From positions 46,026-110,025 of the IMG/VR virus record IMGVR_UViG_3300032249_000861: a DNA stretch of 64,000 bases. One strand, written 5' to 3'. Origin of the DNA: a virus. Numbering within the stretch: position 1 is the first letter of the stretch; each line of letters opens with the position of its first letter. The notes below the pieces were generated by a model. It made no database searches. It saw only the letters and a list, made by a program, of their open reading frames with translations, and was not told where the DNA came from. Below, in pieces: positions 18,301 through 22,512 of the stretch. The position numbers and the translations under genes are program-made.

Positions 18301-18942
18301 TTGGCTAATGGTGGTATTGTTAATCCAAACTATTTATCTTATGGTGGCTATGCCAAAATGGGAGAGCAAGATCGTCGAGATCCATTAAAAGAGATGAGTC
18401 AGAGAGTAGCAGAATATAACGCCGCTGCAGCACCTCAACCAGTACCACTTCCTGCTCCAGCCCCAGTTCAAGTTCCATCTCCAGCACCAGTTGGTGGTGT
18501 ATCTAATAATATTGGTATAGATTTAGCTGGTTTGCAATCAATAGTGGCTAATTTCCAGAAAACGGTCAATGATTTTGGAGCATCGGTGCCTTCGCTTTCA
18601 CAAGTGGCAGAGAGTATGAATACTGGTTTTAGTTCTTTCGTAACAGGAGGATCTCAAATAGGAGAGATGTTAAATAGTGCAACAGCTGGTTTACAACAAG
18701 TTAATCTTCCTGATAGGATTAGACTAGAAGGTTCAGTAAGTAATAATGTAAATATTAACGGTGCTGAAGCAGCCGCTAGGGTTATGGATACTATGGGCGG
18801 TGCTATTCAACAGGGCGCAAATGAACAAATAGGCAGATTCGCCGGAGCTATTAATAGAGGTATTGGTAATTTGGGTGAAGGAGCATTAGGTCCAGATACT
18901 GGTCAAATTATGGGTCAAATAGGTGGTTCAAATTATGCTTAA
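1..18942 (+). CDS. Giant tape-measure-like multidomain (polyvalent) virion protein, 5'-truncated, at least 6313 aa
   Basis: Frame 1 is open from base 1 (GFGAKGATVLPKPRD...) into the 226 ATG, so the gene begins upstream of the window. It has the TMP-typical motifs FSSGG...GPGTGTSDSIPA (3778-3845) and three GTDTVPAMLTPGEFVV boxes, a long Ala/Lys/Glu/Gln helical region (~3960-7700) and hydrophobic Gly/Ala segments, and lies upstream of tail genes. Confidence 0.8.
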   Translation, partial: GFGAKGATVLPKPRDFEVPQGFDITQQGSDRRQVLIPSQGSTAFVADKTEDQTAKYRQAGYDVKNIERTGGISGTMVRDLIIAGDMAKLQSVLSPGVYDLVSNNIGRIQNRASVLPSLIEQAQKEAQAEMGQVDQQIEALGIKRIDSKKLESDPEYAAKVEVLKELRAKKQKIKSAAGFTPYKLLDALAEKDPQNYALDFSTSSNLGNVPDMRVMGQNSQASIPAGRVAQLAQEKNKSIQDVILEQLGGLGGPAGVKKILGIGSGDRTLSSLLQAGNIKGGKGLDEAADYVNRALAARGIRDAAEAKRLEEYQAKALHFGIAGLLPMDYSKEFEWDIGGTDVYATARGFGSTYLEEAKQMQKESSELAQRFAENVQNKNIFGGGEKLAFDFDKTLVEDADILDAKGKPDIAKYSNREAVQEALKSARPTRLATKLKSLIEQDPPFIKKTRILTARPQSTADLLAQSLQSFGLPYAETDITGVSGGVSSNIPALKAANLQKEEKLIDDSLDNIMAVRKAGKKGFQYTEPKSTTSELDEKMGQGNIEGAIIEKALAVLGAPVRPDAKQNRAIDYPDGLGSASQFFPGIDPGIPTEVKRTIDGSSLEKVREEIGRYITGGAQAVKLARGGAVQSFMAGGAATKTRKTKEPFGTGETEFPTRISKKYAEEQKTADEFAKSKLAWDKYPKDERIMVDDTKVQEAYQQPFDRERFASSFKEKISRDSLFQRMSDFAKFVGLPEEDLSVALPLQLDFGASKRGGGLGMFAAAQFEKGATGIRPYEGYDLSKFGYGEKQKQEAYGLEKLITAKEKEIAKIRKTPTETYDDGSFSFDSEAFQKTSIELDSLKNRLFKLKDLKRDAEKAALSEQNTTSSAAGRGTISFASSMGYSSDTKNSTLYHEMTHQLFQGLRTKSAGSFDKYRDRVSSLFSGDNDDLADAFDSLTAGGGYSSADVVYGRSYKSNNLSQILSSYYRQNLDFSRSAATIPQDTTKNLASLSTQSTAAKRAREYRPINPRVNEALLQAGDKFGMTQEKIDRMEDNGKEEFLTTLMEKAPQLDQNLQGILDSTLTELLSGAGIQRQKYAAGRKVDYESGVGVSPFGGSISKRLSESVYNLQKGTGLSDPEFNEIKKTADTYGYNEEEFKEYLAKRIQEKKNKQGLRASPSALAQQLMQQKTVSTPKQLALAETLKGEPDAGYRPIPTAAERIASDRMAVQNATRRFASGGTVSALVSNGEAYVPPKIAKRIGYGNLNRMNQADRNGMSKFSSGGISVFKGPGTGTSDSIPANLPVGSFIIREKATKALGLNKGGAVPAQRFATGGSVTSMIMEWLSSDMTAGTKPKMPQRPDIVSRATVTASSDTTKELDNLVKSLNAVGFSAKESADILNRGGQVSYKTIEKALVKDIERLKKSTAGIDQITQAETTLARIRNQTKKDVGSKQKMEEAFRGSGRSSGSVQQEIYSTAMSMGEQNIEAKEAARRKKIPQIEKRERKKLIESKREDFIEKEYKNQVAKEQKTKGRKLTSTEKDKVRSDAELKGNTKTFKLTTEEKTNVKATAQAKTTLSAEERTKEYNKAALRATTSVTGASKSELAAKNVKGSDILRYAQESMRDRKTLAEMDKQFVAMAMDEYKNRGTVNGIVVKSAAEAKKAAEEEISKRREAINARASQNGEKGVGAAGLRDYRNSPILNQIKGFIKSPGRVMGGVSVAAGLAAGSSDMIAKNMYDMSTTEGQGKAAKTSAAIQSSGTILSTGLAAASQMATIPVIGPYVAALTAVGTAAAAAADYFYDFTGAQKAATVEFERSVRAKEIGIAMDGLDRAFQNFEKDMGNIDLQNALEKSLGGASSLQIKDNMAERDNAKAEFSLKNRSWSDIFSGNFKGSAKMDALQQGAMDSEMSQKITPIADKAMSLYEKQISSGKSIQDIVNNVRTGNKEAGAAGFAVAASVNPKLWSELEAKIAKSGDTSEQNREKIQKEIAARELLTNVQLQSIERMAKLNKEMDAADRAGRRLAETFEHIGETIDQSIQRMQRESQIRQAQANDRVEARRGNAGFDERAVNNRNVGVLTSPKAYQNDPGRIEEAIRAGTTGMSPELAQKMAGGARLEATLPNVMRNAVSSELKTNANLDLAEAADAARKKGTEAIQRSGLSEADQKVAIDKLNTKLNSEQEKAQKEGGDSPRQKVDFFIDSVSELGPEIANIFGNAGKRLDDIIQARQGIYDTFAKNLQAASEAAKKAREFFSKARDIRYNAGMDLREAQTGVGESYAEAKAKSDSSIARLTGGVTDPQAIGRNIDALTARRDQQMKARDAAASDPNLTPKQQEDAAIKFAKDIQATNNALNDNREALDKLANSAEVAQKALDEVKNIRGLQQDRENFVNQLLTNTPAEADKLNQSFIRLQRNLSGGLNNASNQRDARNAFNDTLRRTGNLREATRAGNTVLADQRKQTLQLMQDPGFRGMMTLNMKNQGMNDQQIDKKFRDQESMLMQQMAVESGMINNPMVRQALAAKQDPNADPAMKRAAEQFLQSTGLQAKATEEQGRLELANVQSLLITSTDDLRTSIDALTTSINASLGPDGERVPGAVGPMVPVPAGARGAGPIGRPIRRATGGKVNTQYASTGKLIDFSPKGTDTVPAMLTPGEFVVNAKATADNYPLLKAINNGTNLVGNTAMMSKGGVVYLDNGGLIDEFRRIDSNSSNFLEVGEIDLKMMQLLDTDKDNKVSFREYSARAKSGGSGSSRSGQRSPVNSSFKADNLSFKAYSNAREEKYSKRYEGTRDRFPRETEKFSSGGLVTPYYLQDGTEKPLSKRPFMVKMEKPEDPLEAAERRRARALKASHPEITRVRQPSLVPGDPRALRHKESFYRLDVNSDGVLDAKEGRPHPELDRDLDRRITLEEWDGIDPGEFDPDDSSHVLRDSKGNPLTPGLMGSPFEKRHRSLMASVAMDEEKLAKGEPLVDSNGKPIDLASKRKELAIFNAQSGLYNTSQSLIARQKNIDDSLTKRLTGGGSLRNPDSSYAVTREFNKIRDRRSAFEEERRGQRAKDENATDEEIFDRTVEAYGQGDSDYWRSMGVTEAPNSYDESNTLNFIRSGDRLASRGDPYGDKARAYIDGYIASQGARQQQDRVDIGMGRPTISPDKAVVGTQGPVDDLNYLIDRNEVGRAVKYKAEQAKTEEENKQRDDAQVKQAEKQASLEKRDKELGIDTSGINRDIYESGGGFSNQPGSGRKVTVEEQTQRKRERAIADRFSFTDKTGKYSTAGTIDKVDFEKGTVKIAKMDPKTGEPITRTVPVFAGGETEEAIKASGRDPRRFKVGEKEEQVYTTVPLDKLSDKSRDKVRSYGLEKEADKAKTGENFTVGTSFEDYKGKIFRVDEKSEKVIVQKEDGKLVSVPMGIIDPETKNIALDQAKTATTVTDLTQKQMDADIGNIDFTSSLPEPQVPLIEDFTDRANEVRQETMNNAALEQTKMDQLPVMSEPVPTSGTIDPLTGKVVGNNVSMDLNPDGTRTPEQLNILNQQATRDADRRNSNARYEELRARSKAESSYDRSWFGENWPKEWGGVSKPEKRLTRKELEELGAMESERGVPALSRLGANTRVEQTRRNAGLDEAQIESLSQQKTEQFKAELEKKNDAEGGVAVGLAAQRAVVPLLAGATAVAAAPALVPAGVIGAGLTIAGGVGFSLGANKLQDVALEGTDFDKRQKELAEKRPGATAVGSLLPGLLTGNPLTGATTLRQALATRAASGATEAALGAGIRGATSGGDFGTVQDVGMDFISGAILPSPNFGGKGSKNYNIPEGPAKPKTEAVALKELAKTVKAEQRAITEENVLDGAEILATKRKQEEVRRAAQEKQRVRDEAEAVKESGREKAVFDVFTIGGRLSDDNIASALKSAKEKTVTGTKLLTGKVTGKPRGDLIEQNPTLASRLGVSTPGLDAVKNGQNITAKDLVAKLKDEGFSEEYAKKVSRERTLKMVSDLATERSKRKDESIQQVASEYKDAVTGVEDPNKRAKIKAKFQTRLQKELSSIVSDTNDRAEAFDSGMTVQELKKQRAAEAQAKDKAESDKLIQEFDSTLGSSKPITIDNPPIGEPLDLGVDPLAPITSARDNAATTAASTKPISTEEQSPVGETTIPQPNKDAADTVTAGTKPVDAATVAAKNQTVVKAAEQENTSSLQTSAIPQPKPYNPTDYPIMDSIMRGGKNGHYGPMGTTNITGKQNIHGISGWKTRLIPKDDASAAKIKEFLDTHPDIGSYKLALNEGPVPVFSVYFKKGTKDEALSFAQASEKGLKDSLDPRLYQGADTLLEGTNISARFDARDLKNKSASSIIDRQLENSPFSRGFLKAEELNLQILPSNTAPGSTASRAMPNITAGTRGVPDTGYVDWLKTKKFLAKDPKKIASLDAEIQRATNVADDWLKENMSDIYSASAERTARESTGPQQQAVVETATRDATSRPTKSGFVRDKSLPINEVDDLASAGFGVISPDQEVESVIRGARENFLGSLTKPAALLQPETYQKYADQLLELEKSGKIKITKGASFGTSGQPSIFVGKPENVDILAKAFESETARTRETRGSTSNEFKETVGKALGYSKDSIALHILEKDWDKAGLDIDTIQDRLQVSRGAAARYMVSEINKAKEQASVEQGVKESINPPIKDPITGDEFELGPGDDFQLGGLGEDPLAPAPIIKPENVLPEARAESEARRAETATSRTKSSIVDEDEFVLGDMEDDSTVVAVEPDDGSNFFGEAFAAAAQEARAIEATRAQIETNDKFVVDQPDMMTASELDPITRASSRRVWGSDKAFENMPKPKISREKVKALDTGEPDEMTASELTPLQRAVINKSFGLDSDKGFELREQLIAQKREADILPEDFFPNGSSRTETPLSSARTEAEAKNPGTVFEGQLEAALTDASSPEALKASAEAQQRLAAQKLAAKSPEQISVEKTYGPLYREAKKANDTAEMARIRLEANAEFKKRSQEASTRSEDKKNNFLPVMGRVLKIAAPIGSAIGYGLGSLLSGSMGRKKEEPQDLASRLENASDLQEVFDLLKLAEKDKIGNPTNPLREIGGSSPLIAKLQKLAPEIYGKKGSDYFSSQDLAAMPEDAYNENFLERLKDNATFEKMKREQKVAEPARLKSDEAARATTRDLITQWSQDFAMAGNDVRTPPGSDPKKARNPLKAMSREMAERAQERRSGFPTDDQGNDLQIGTMIPAPISVLDRTKNDAAAMREIDEKDNNAAPMLEVKKPVKKSLGGLIYASKGTLVNYQPRGTDTVPAMLTPGEFVVNARATADNYPLLKAINSGTNVDTTANMSKGGVVYAQEGALVPSFGMHIPSLDPDKNTKLTLLPESSLDQANTKEAFREYGNARPSYQSRPQLPKPTVQSGSFKEGVHDRNSVIKDSEYSRSLKRMGIPHVSQSGGSKTYLDQNGREISANEFKLLPETSFNHPEYAVMRSRAAFAAGAAKSVVPQMGATSGAIAGAAAGAVLGPPGVIAGGLIGGLTGGIMGSALQETALDIANPEANAIANQLMDQNPVSAMAGSAAGDIATGGLLSLALPSIPTPTRAGDSMVGPGGLTPKQIKHAEKGLNRPISEAITPFTGMKGFGGRYVDGPISVDQLVYKSRDNLAESIHYSGADPKTFDSLTTRLTEPVPGALGDYYQGLSRISPKAPPEHIIGTIAHEAGHHYQTMKDPTGRFVKTWMSDNRDQASDWILKRTSSPQYLETATPRNQVNYGVNDMLSGDFYKQRQMEQLRKEFGEDGFKTLLEDSLAHTLGAGKKGIAGDVNSALRFESQNYIRGRTGGRYGEAGLAFGGEDLSRIDPDIMAKVGVRAPQTLTGHDRVLDAMTRYGQDKGFAFPNFVDNAEVSGRQEFLTSMFQDLGGADKEARGLSQGLVKFIETKGGEGVKMTPPPLPPSPPPLPVNRYANGGMVNMSEGNKIPSEVWAIGTKYTNVMSPEDFEKRKVIRPKLSDDSTYDTPKVFKDYHEAHKKPISIDPALLDKQSSFSKYLQSGGRRMSNNVEIAPKLTTDEVLQYFQNIKAKERREGSPPAGGRVQYATGGIVYANNGALIAAQPMGTDTVPAMLTPGEFVVKKEQAQKHAPILHAINSGAYSRGGIVNYLANGGIVNPNYLSYGGYAKMGEQDRRDPLKEMSQRVAEYNAAAAPQPVPLPAPAPVQVPSPAPVGGVSNNIGIDLAGLQSIVANFQKTVNDFGASVPSLSQVAESMNTGFSSFVTGGSQIGEMLNSATAGLQQVNLPDRIRLEGSVSNNVNINGAEAAARVMDTMGGAIQQGANEQIGRFAGAINRGIGNLGEGALGPDTGQIMGQIGGSNYA
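1153..1580 (+). other. HAD-superfamily phosphatase domain within the giant protein
   Basis: All four HAD motifs in order: I AFDFDKTL (~1162-1185), II ILTARP (1351), III K in LKAAN (~1480), IV LIDDSLDNI (1510). Confidence 0.75.
2640..3140 (+). other. Zincin-like metallopeptidase domain 1 (HExxH) within the giant protein
   Basis: TLYHEMTHQLF (HEMTH 2683-2697), with distal KEEFLTT (~3112-3132) as candidate third Zn ligand. Confidence 0.6.
7819..8010 (+). repeat. GTDTVPAMLTPGEFVV box, copy 1 (TMP-associated motif)
   Basis: PKGTDTVPAMLTPGEFVVNAKATADNYPLLKAINNGTN...MSKGGVVY. Near-identical in protein sequence to the copy at 15715-15903. Confidence 0.9.
8035..8670 (+). other. Two EF-hand pairs within the giant protein
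   Basis: FRRIDSNSSNFLEVGE / LLDTDKDNKVSFREY (~8035-8150) and FYRLDVNSDGVLDAKE / LDRDLDRRITLEEW (~8554-8665) match DxD/NxDGxxxxxE loops. Confidence 0.7.
9700..10185 (+). other. Two SHD1 (SLA1 homology domain 1)-like domains within the giant protein
   Basis: RFSFTDKTGKYSTAGTIDKVDFEKGTVKIAK...[insert]...VPLDKLSDKSRDKV and YKGKIFRVDEKSEKVIVQKEDGKLVSVPMGIIDPET resemble the bacterial SHD1 pattern RTWTDxTGKFxxEA...VxLxKxDGxxxxVPLxKLSxxDQxYV. Confidence 0.6.
15715..15903 (+). repeat. GTDTVPAMLTPGEFVV box, copy 2
   Basis: PRGTDTVPAMLTPGEFVVNARATADNYPLLKAINSGTN...MSKGGVVY. Confidence 0.9.
16900..17580 (+). other. Zincin-like metallopeptidase domain 2 (HExxH) within the giant protein
   Basis: GTIAHEAGHHYQ (HEAGH 16984-16998), with distal RQEFLTS (~17548-17568) paralleling domain 1. 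Confidence 0.6.
18109..18330 (+). repeat. GTDTVPAMLTPGEFVV box, copy 3
   Basis: YATGGIVYANNG...PMGTDTVPAMLTPGEFVVKKEQAQKHAPILHAINSG... Confidence 0.9.
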
Positions 18943-18962
18943 TCAATATATGAGAATTTATT

Positions 18963-21900
18963 ATGGCAAATAAACTGGTAAAAGTTTTTGATAATATAGG
19001 ATTTAATTTTCAAATCATTAATGGGAAGATTAGTCCTATAAAAACCCTAGTTGGATTTAATGGGTTAAATCAAAAACATGTAGGTTATTATATACCGTAT
19101 ATATGTCGTAATAAAAAACTAAACTTATTAGAGATTGGTATAGGAGATGTTCAAAACGACGATTCTGGTAACGTAATTATTAATAAGCATAAAATAGTAG
19201 TATCCTCAAATAATAATAATGCTGTTAATTTTGAAAATGATAGTAATAATGAATTTTTTGTTTTTGCCAATCAGAATATTTTTAATAGTAGCATTAGTAA
19301 TGTTGTTGTAATAGACTCTAATACCTTTATAGACAATGTCTCTGCTATTTATCTAGCAGATTGCTCGAACCAATCAGTATCGGTCACATTACCAGAAATA
19401 TCTCAAGCAGAAAACTTGGTACTAGAATTTAAGAACATTTCACCTAATCATGATTTAATTATTAGAGATAGTAAGGGTGGTTCAGTAACTATACTAGATG
19501 GTCAAAAAAGTTATTCTAAACTAGTTACCACCAATGACCAATGGATATCTTTAGATAACAATAATAGTACAGAATATCTAAATACTCAATCATCAGAACC
19601 AATACTATCTGCTCAAAGTTCTCCTGTTGGCGATGATTTCTCACTACAATATAAACAAGGCAGTAATTTTGCTGACTCTAATATGTACTGGGATTCAGTC
19701 AATAACGATTTATTATTAGGCGCAGACAATAGTACTGATGCTTACTCAGTCATTCCAACATCTGGTAATAGACCTCTATATATTAATCAGAAAAAGTTAA
19801 ATAGTGATTTAGTTGTTTATGGTAGTGGTAATAGGAATCTATTCTTTTCTTATGATGGTAGATTAGGTCTGAATATTCCATCAGGATCTAGACCATCTAC
19901 CATATTTCATATTGTAAATACTGTGTGTCAAGAAGGTTTCAGACTAGAAAATCGTAATGCTTGTCATCCAGCAGACATTACTTTATTTCATAAGCCCAAC
20001 TCAGCTATTGTTAATGGATCTATCATATCTCAAATTAATTTAGCTGGTAAGAATACTAGTGGAAATAAAACAGATTACGGAAGCATAGAGGCTTTGGCAA
20101 TTAATACGACAGCAAATCTTGAAGAAGGAGGATTGCAGTTTAAGATTGCTGCTGCGTCTACTGGAGTAAAAGTTTTTGACAGTAATTATTCAGCCACAAC
20201 GGTAGGCTATAGTGGTAATAGTCTAACTATTAATCGTACAGGATCAACAGTATTACAAAATAACAACACCTCTGTTACTTTGTCTTCTAGTAGTGTGAAT
20301 ATAAGCGGATCAGCAGTAACACTAAATACATCTAATTTAGTTCTTGGTGGTGCGGGATCTTCTGTTAGTGTTCCTGGTGCAATTGCCGCTGGACCAATAT
20401 CAGCAACCTCATTACAGTCAAATACTATAATTGCTCCAAATATTGGTAGCGGCAGTTTTATTACAACCAACGGAGATAATAGGCTTGTCGGCAGTACCAC
20501 AATGTCTGTTAATTCTTTGGGTACTCTTAATTTACCCATTACGCCAAACAAACTATTACAAACAACAACAAACGGTGCCATAACTGGTATATATTCTACA
20601 GATGATTATTTCAGAACAGATGGAGATATTGTTTGGAATAAGTACACGCAGAGACTAGCATCAGCCTGTTTAAAACAAATAACATTCGTTAACCCCGTAT
20701 CTGTGGATGAATATAGTGTTGGGGATCAGTTAGCAATTGTATCATCTTCATCTACTTTTTACAGAAGAATTGCGGATGTTTATGTTGAGAATAATGCTAT
20801 CACAGGACTACTAGTTGATCAGGATGTTTCTCCTACAGATATTGATGGAATAACAGTGTACTCTGTTACCAAAGGAGGATATCTTGATATACAAGTGTCT
20901 ACCGAAGAAGGAGTAATATCTGATTCTACAAAAAATGTTATTAGCGCTAGACCAGGAACAAGTACGCTATTTAATACTCTACAAAAAGATATAGATTTTT
21001 CAGTATACGGCATAGACTCTACCCCAGCATTAAAGATTAAAGCTAACTCTGGTAAAATCAGCATAATTTCTGGTATGTATCGCGCCTTTTCTCCAAAGCA
21101 TGAATTGCCAGCATTTCCAATTGTTGTAACTACTGGTGGTGTCGGTATATCTAATTTATATTCTTCAGCTAATTTTAATTATAGTAATACCCAAAATTTA
21201 TTTTCTGGCATAGTATCTGATGTTGGGTCTAATGGACTACCTTCTCATTACGGAACATATGATCAAAATGGTAATGCTTCGGAATGGATAGAAAAACCAG
21301 GAATGTTAGAAAGTAGAGATAAAGAAGAATTTGTTGCTGGTGGTTCTTATTCTACATCAAATGCTATTGAAGGGAAAGTCCTAAAACATGTAGAAACATT
21401 AATCAGAGCAACTGGATACTCTTACGTCGGCTTTAGAGTAGCATCTCTTTATAACACAACAGATCCCACTAACATATCAGCACCAGACAAATTATCAATG
21501 AGCTTTGTTGGCGTTGTTGATCCTCAGAATACTGAAGATGTTTCTACAACCTATATCCGAAGTACTACCGGTGGTATTGAACAATTTAATTCAATAGTTA
21601 TAAATAATCTGGGCGTTGTCGATAGTATGTACAGGATTGGAAAGTATGAAGTAACAAATAAACAATATTGTCAATTCTTAAATGTTGTTGCTAAGAATAA
21701 CGATAGAAGATTATATGATTCTAAAATGGGTAGTGATGCTGTTGGGGGTATTGATCGTATATTTGATGCTGAATACATATATATTGTTAAACCTAATATG
21801 GATAATAAGCCAGCAGTATTTGTAAGTTATTTAAGTGCTATTAGATTTATTAATTGGCTTCATAATGGAGCTGCTACAAGTATAATTGAATCAAATATTG

Positions 21901-22493
21901 ATTATACTCTAGATATTGGTGCTTATACAATTATACCCATTGGTACAGATTCTTATAATGTTGTCCAGTCTTCTTATAGAAAATATTGGCTACCCAACCT
22001 TAATGAGTGGCATAAGGCAGCTTATTTTGAACCAGTAGATGTTAATGCTTATGCTGGTACGTCAACAGTTATGGTTAAGAGAGATGATCCTTATCTTGTT
22101 GGTTCTGGTGTTGATACAGATACCAAAAAATTTAAGGAGCTATTTGCTAATCTAAGCATTAGTGGATGGTTGTATGTTGACCATTTAATAGTTGGAGATG
22201 GAACAATACGGTCATCTAAAAAATTTACCGGCTTAGTCCCTCCGACTGGTAATCCTGCTACTACCCAAGGCGAAGACACGACAACACAGTCTACTGGTGG
22301 TATCAGGTTGCCACCTACCTCATTAGATGATATTATTAATAAAGACAATAATGCTGCAGAATCAACATCTGCAACAACATCTGTTGGAACAAGTATACCT
22401 GGCATTCCGTTAAGAAGAGTTCAAGATACTGATTGTGCTGAAAATCCACCTTGGTTCTGTAATCCTAACAATACTGGTCCAAGCTTATTTTAG
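18963..22493 (+). CDS. Putative tail fibre / receptor-binding protein with circularly permuted FGE(SUMF1)-type lectin domain
   Basis: 1176 aa, Ser/Thr/Asn/Gly-rich beta-type fibre segments. FGE-sulfatase motifs YGTYDQNGNASEW, GGSY, VGFRVAS precede YRIGKYEVTN, FINWLHNG, WLPNLNEWHKAAY (~21170-22030). Confidence 0.65.
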   Translation: MANKLVKVFDNIGFNFQIINGKISPIKTLVGFNGLNQKHVGYYIPYICRNKKLNLLEIGIGDVQNDDSGNVIINKHKIVVSSNNNNAVNFENDSNNEFFVFANQNIFNSSISNVVVIDSNTFIDNVSAIYLADCSNQSVSVTLPEISQAENLVLEFKNISPNHDLIIRDSKGGSVTILDGQKSYSKLVTTNDQWISLDNNNSTEYLNTQSSEPILSAQSSPVGDDFSLQYKQGSNFADSNMYWDSVNNDLLLGADNSTDAYSVIPTSGNRPLYINQKKLNSDLVVYGSGNRNLFFSYDGRLGLNIPSGSRPSTIFHIVNTVCQEGFRLENRNACHPADITLFHKPNSAIVNGSIISQINLAGKNTSGNKTDYGSIEALAINTTANLEEGGLQFKIAAASTGVKVFDSNYSATTVGYSGNSLTINRTGSTVLQNNNTSVTLSSSSVNISGSAVTLNTSNLVLGGAGSSVSVPGAIAAGPISATSLQSNTIIAPNIGSGSFITTNGDNRLVGSTTMSVNSLGTLNLPITPNKLLQTTTNGAITGIYSTDDYFRTDGDIVWNKYTQRLASACLKQITFVNPVSVDEYSVGDQLAIVSSSSTFYRRIADVYVENNAITGLLVDQDVSPTDIDGITVYSVTKGGYLDIQVSTEEGVISDSTKNVISARPGTSTLFNTLQKDIDFSVYGIDSTPALKIKANSGKISIISGMYRAFSPKHELPAFPIVVTTGGVGISNLYSSANFNYSNTQNLFSGIVSDVGSNGLPSHYGTYDQNGNASEWIEKPGMLESRDKEEFVAGGSYSTSNAIEGKVLKHVETLIRATGYSYVGFRVASLYNTTDPTNISAPDKLSMSFVGVVDPQNTEDVSTTYIRSTTGGIEQFNSIVINNLGVVDSMYRIGKYEVTNKQYCQFLNVVAKNNDRRLYDSKMGSDAVGGIDRIFDAEYIYIVKPNMDNKPAVFVSYLSAIRFINWLHNGAATSIIESNIDYTLDIGAYTIIPIGTDSYNVVQSSYRKYWLPNLNEWHKAAYFEPVDVNAYAGTSTVMVKRDDPYLVGSGVDTDTKKFKELFANLSISGWLYVDHLIVGDGTIRSSKKFTGLVPPTGNPATTQGEDTTTQSTGGIRLPPTSLDDIINKDNNAAESTSATTSVGTSIPGIPLRRVQDTDCAENPPWFCNPNNTGPSLF

Positions 22494-22512
22494 AAAGCAT
22501 TAAGGAATAATT

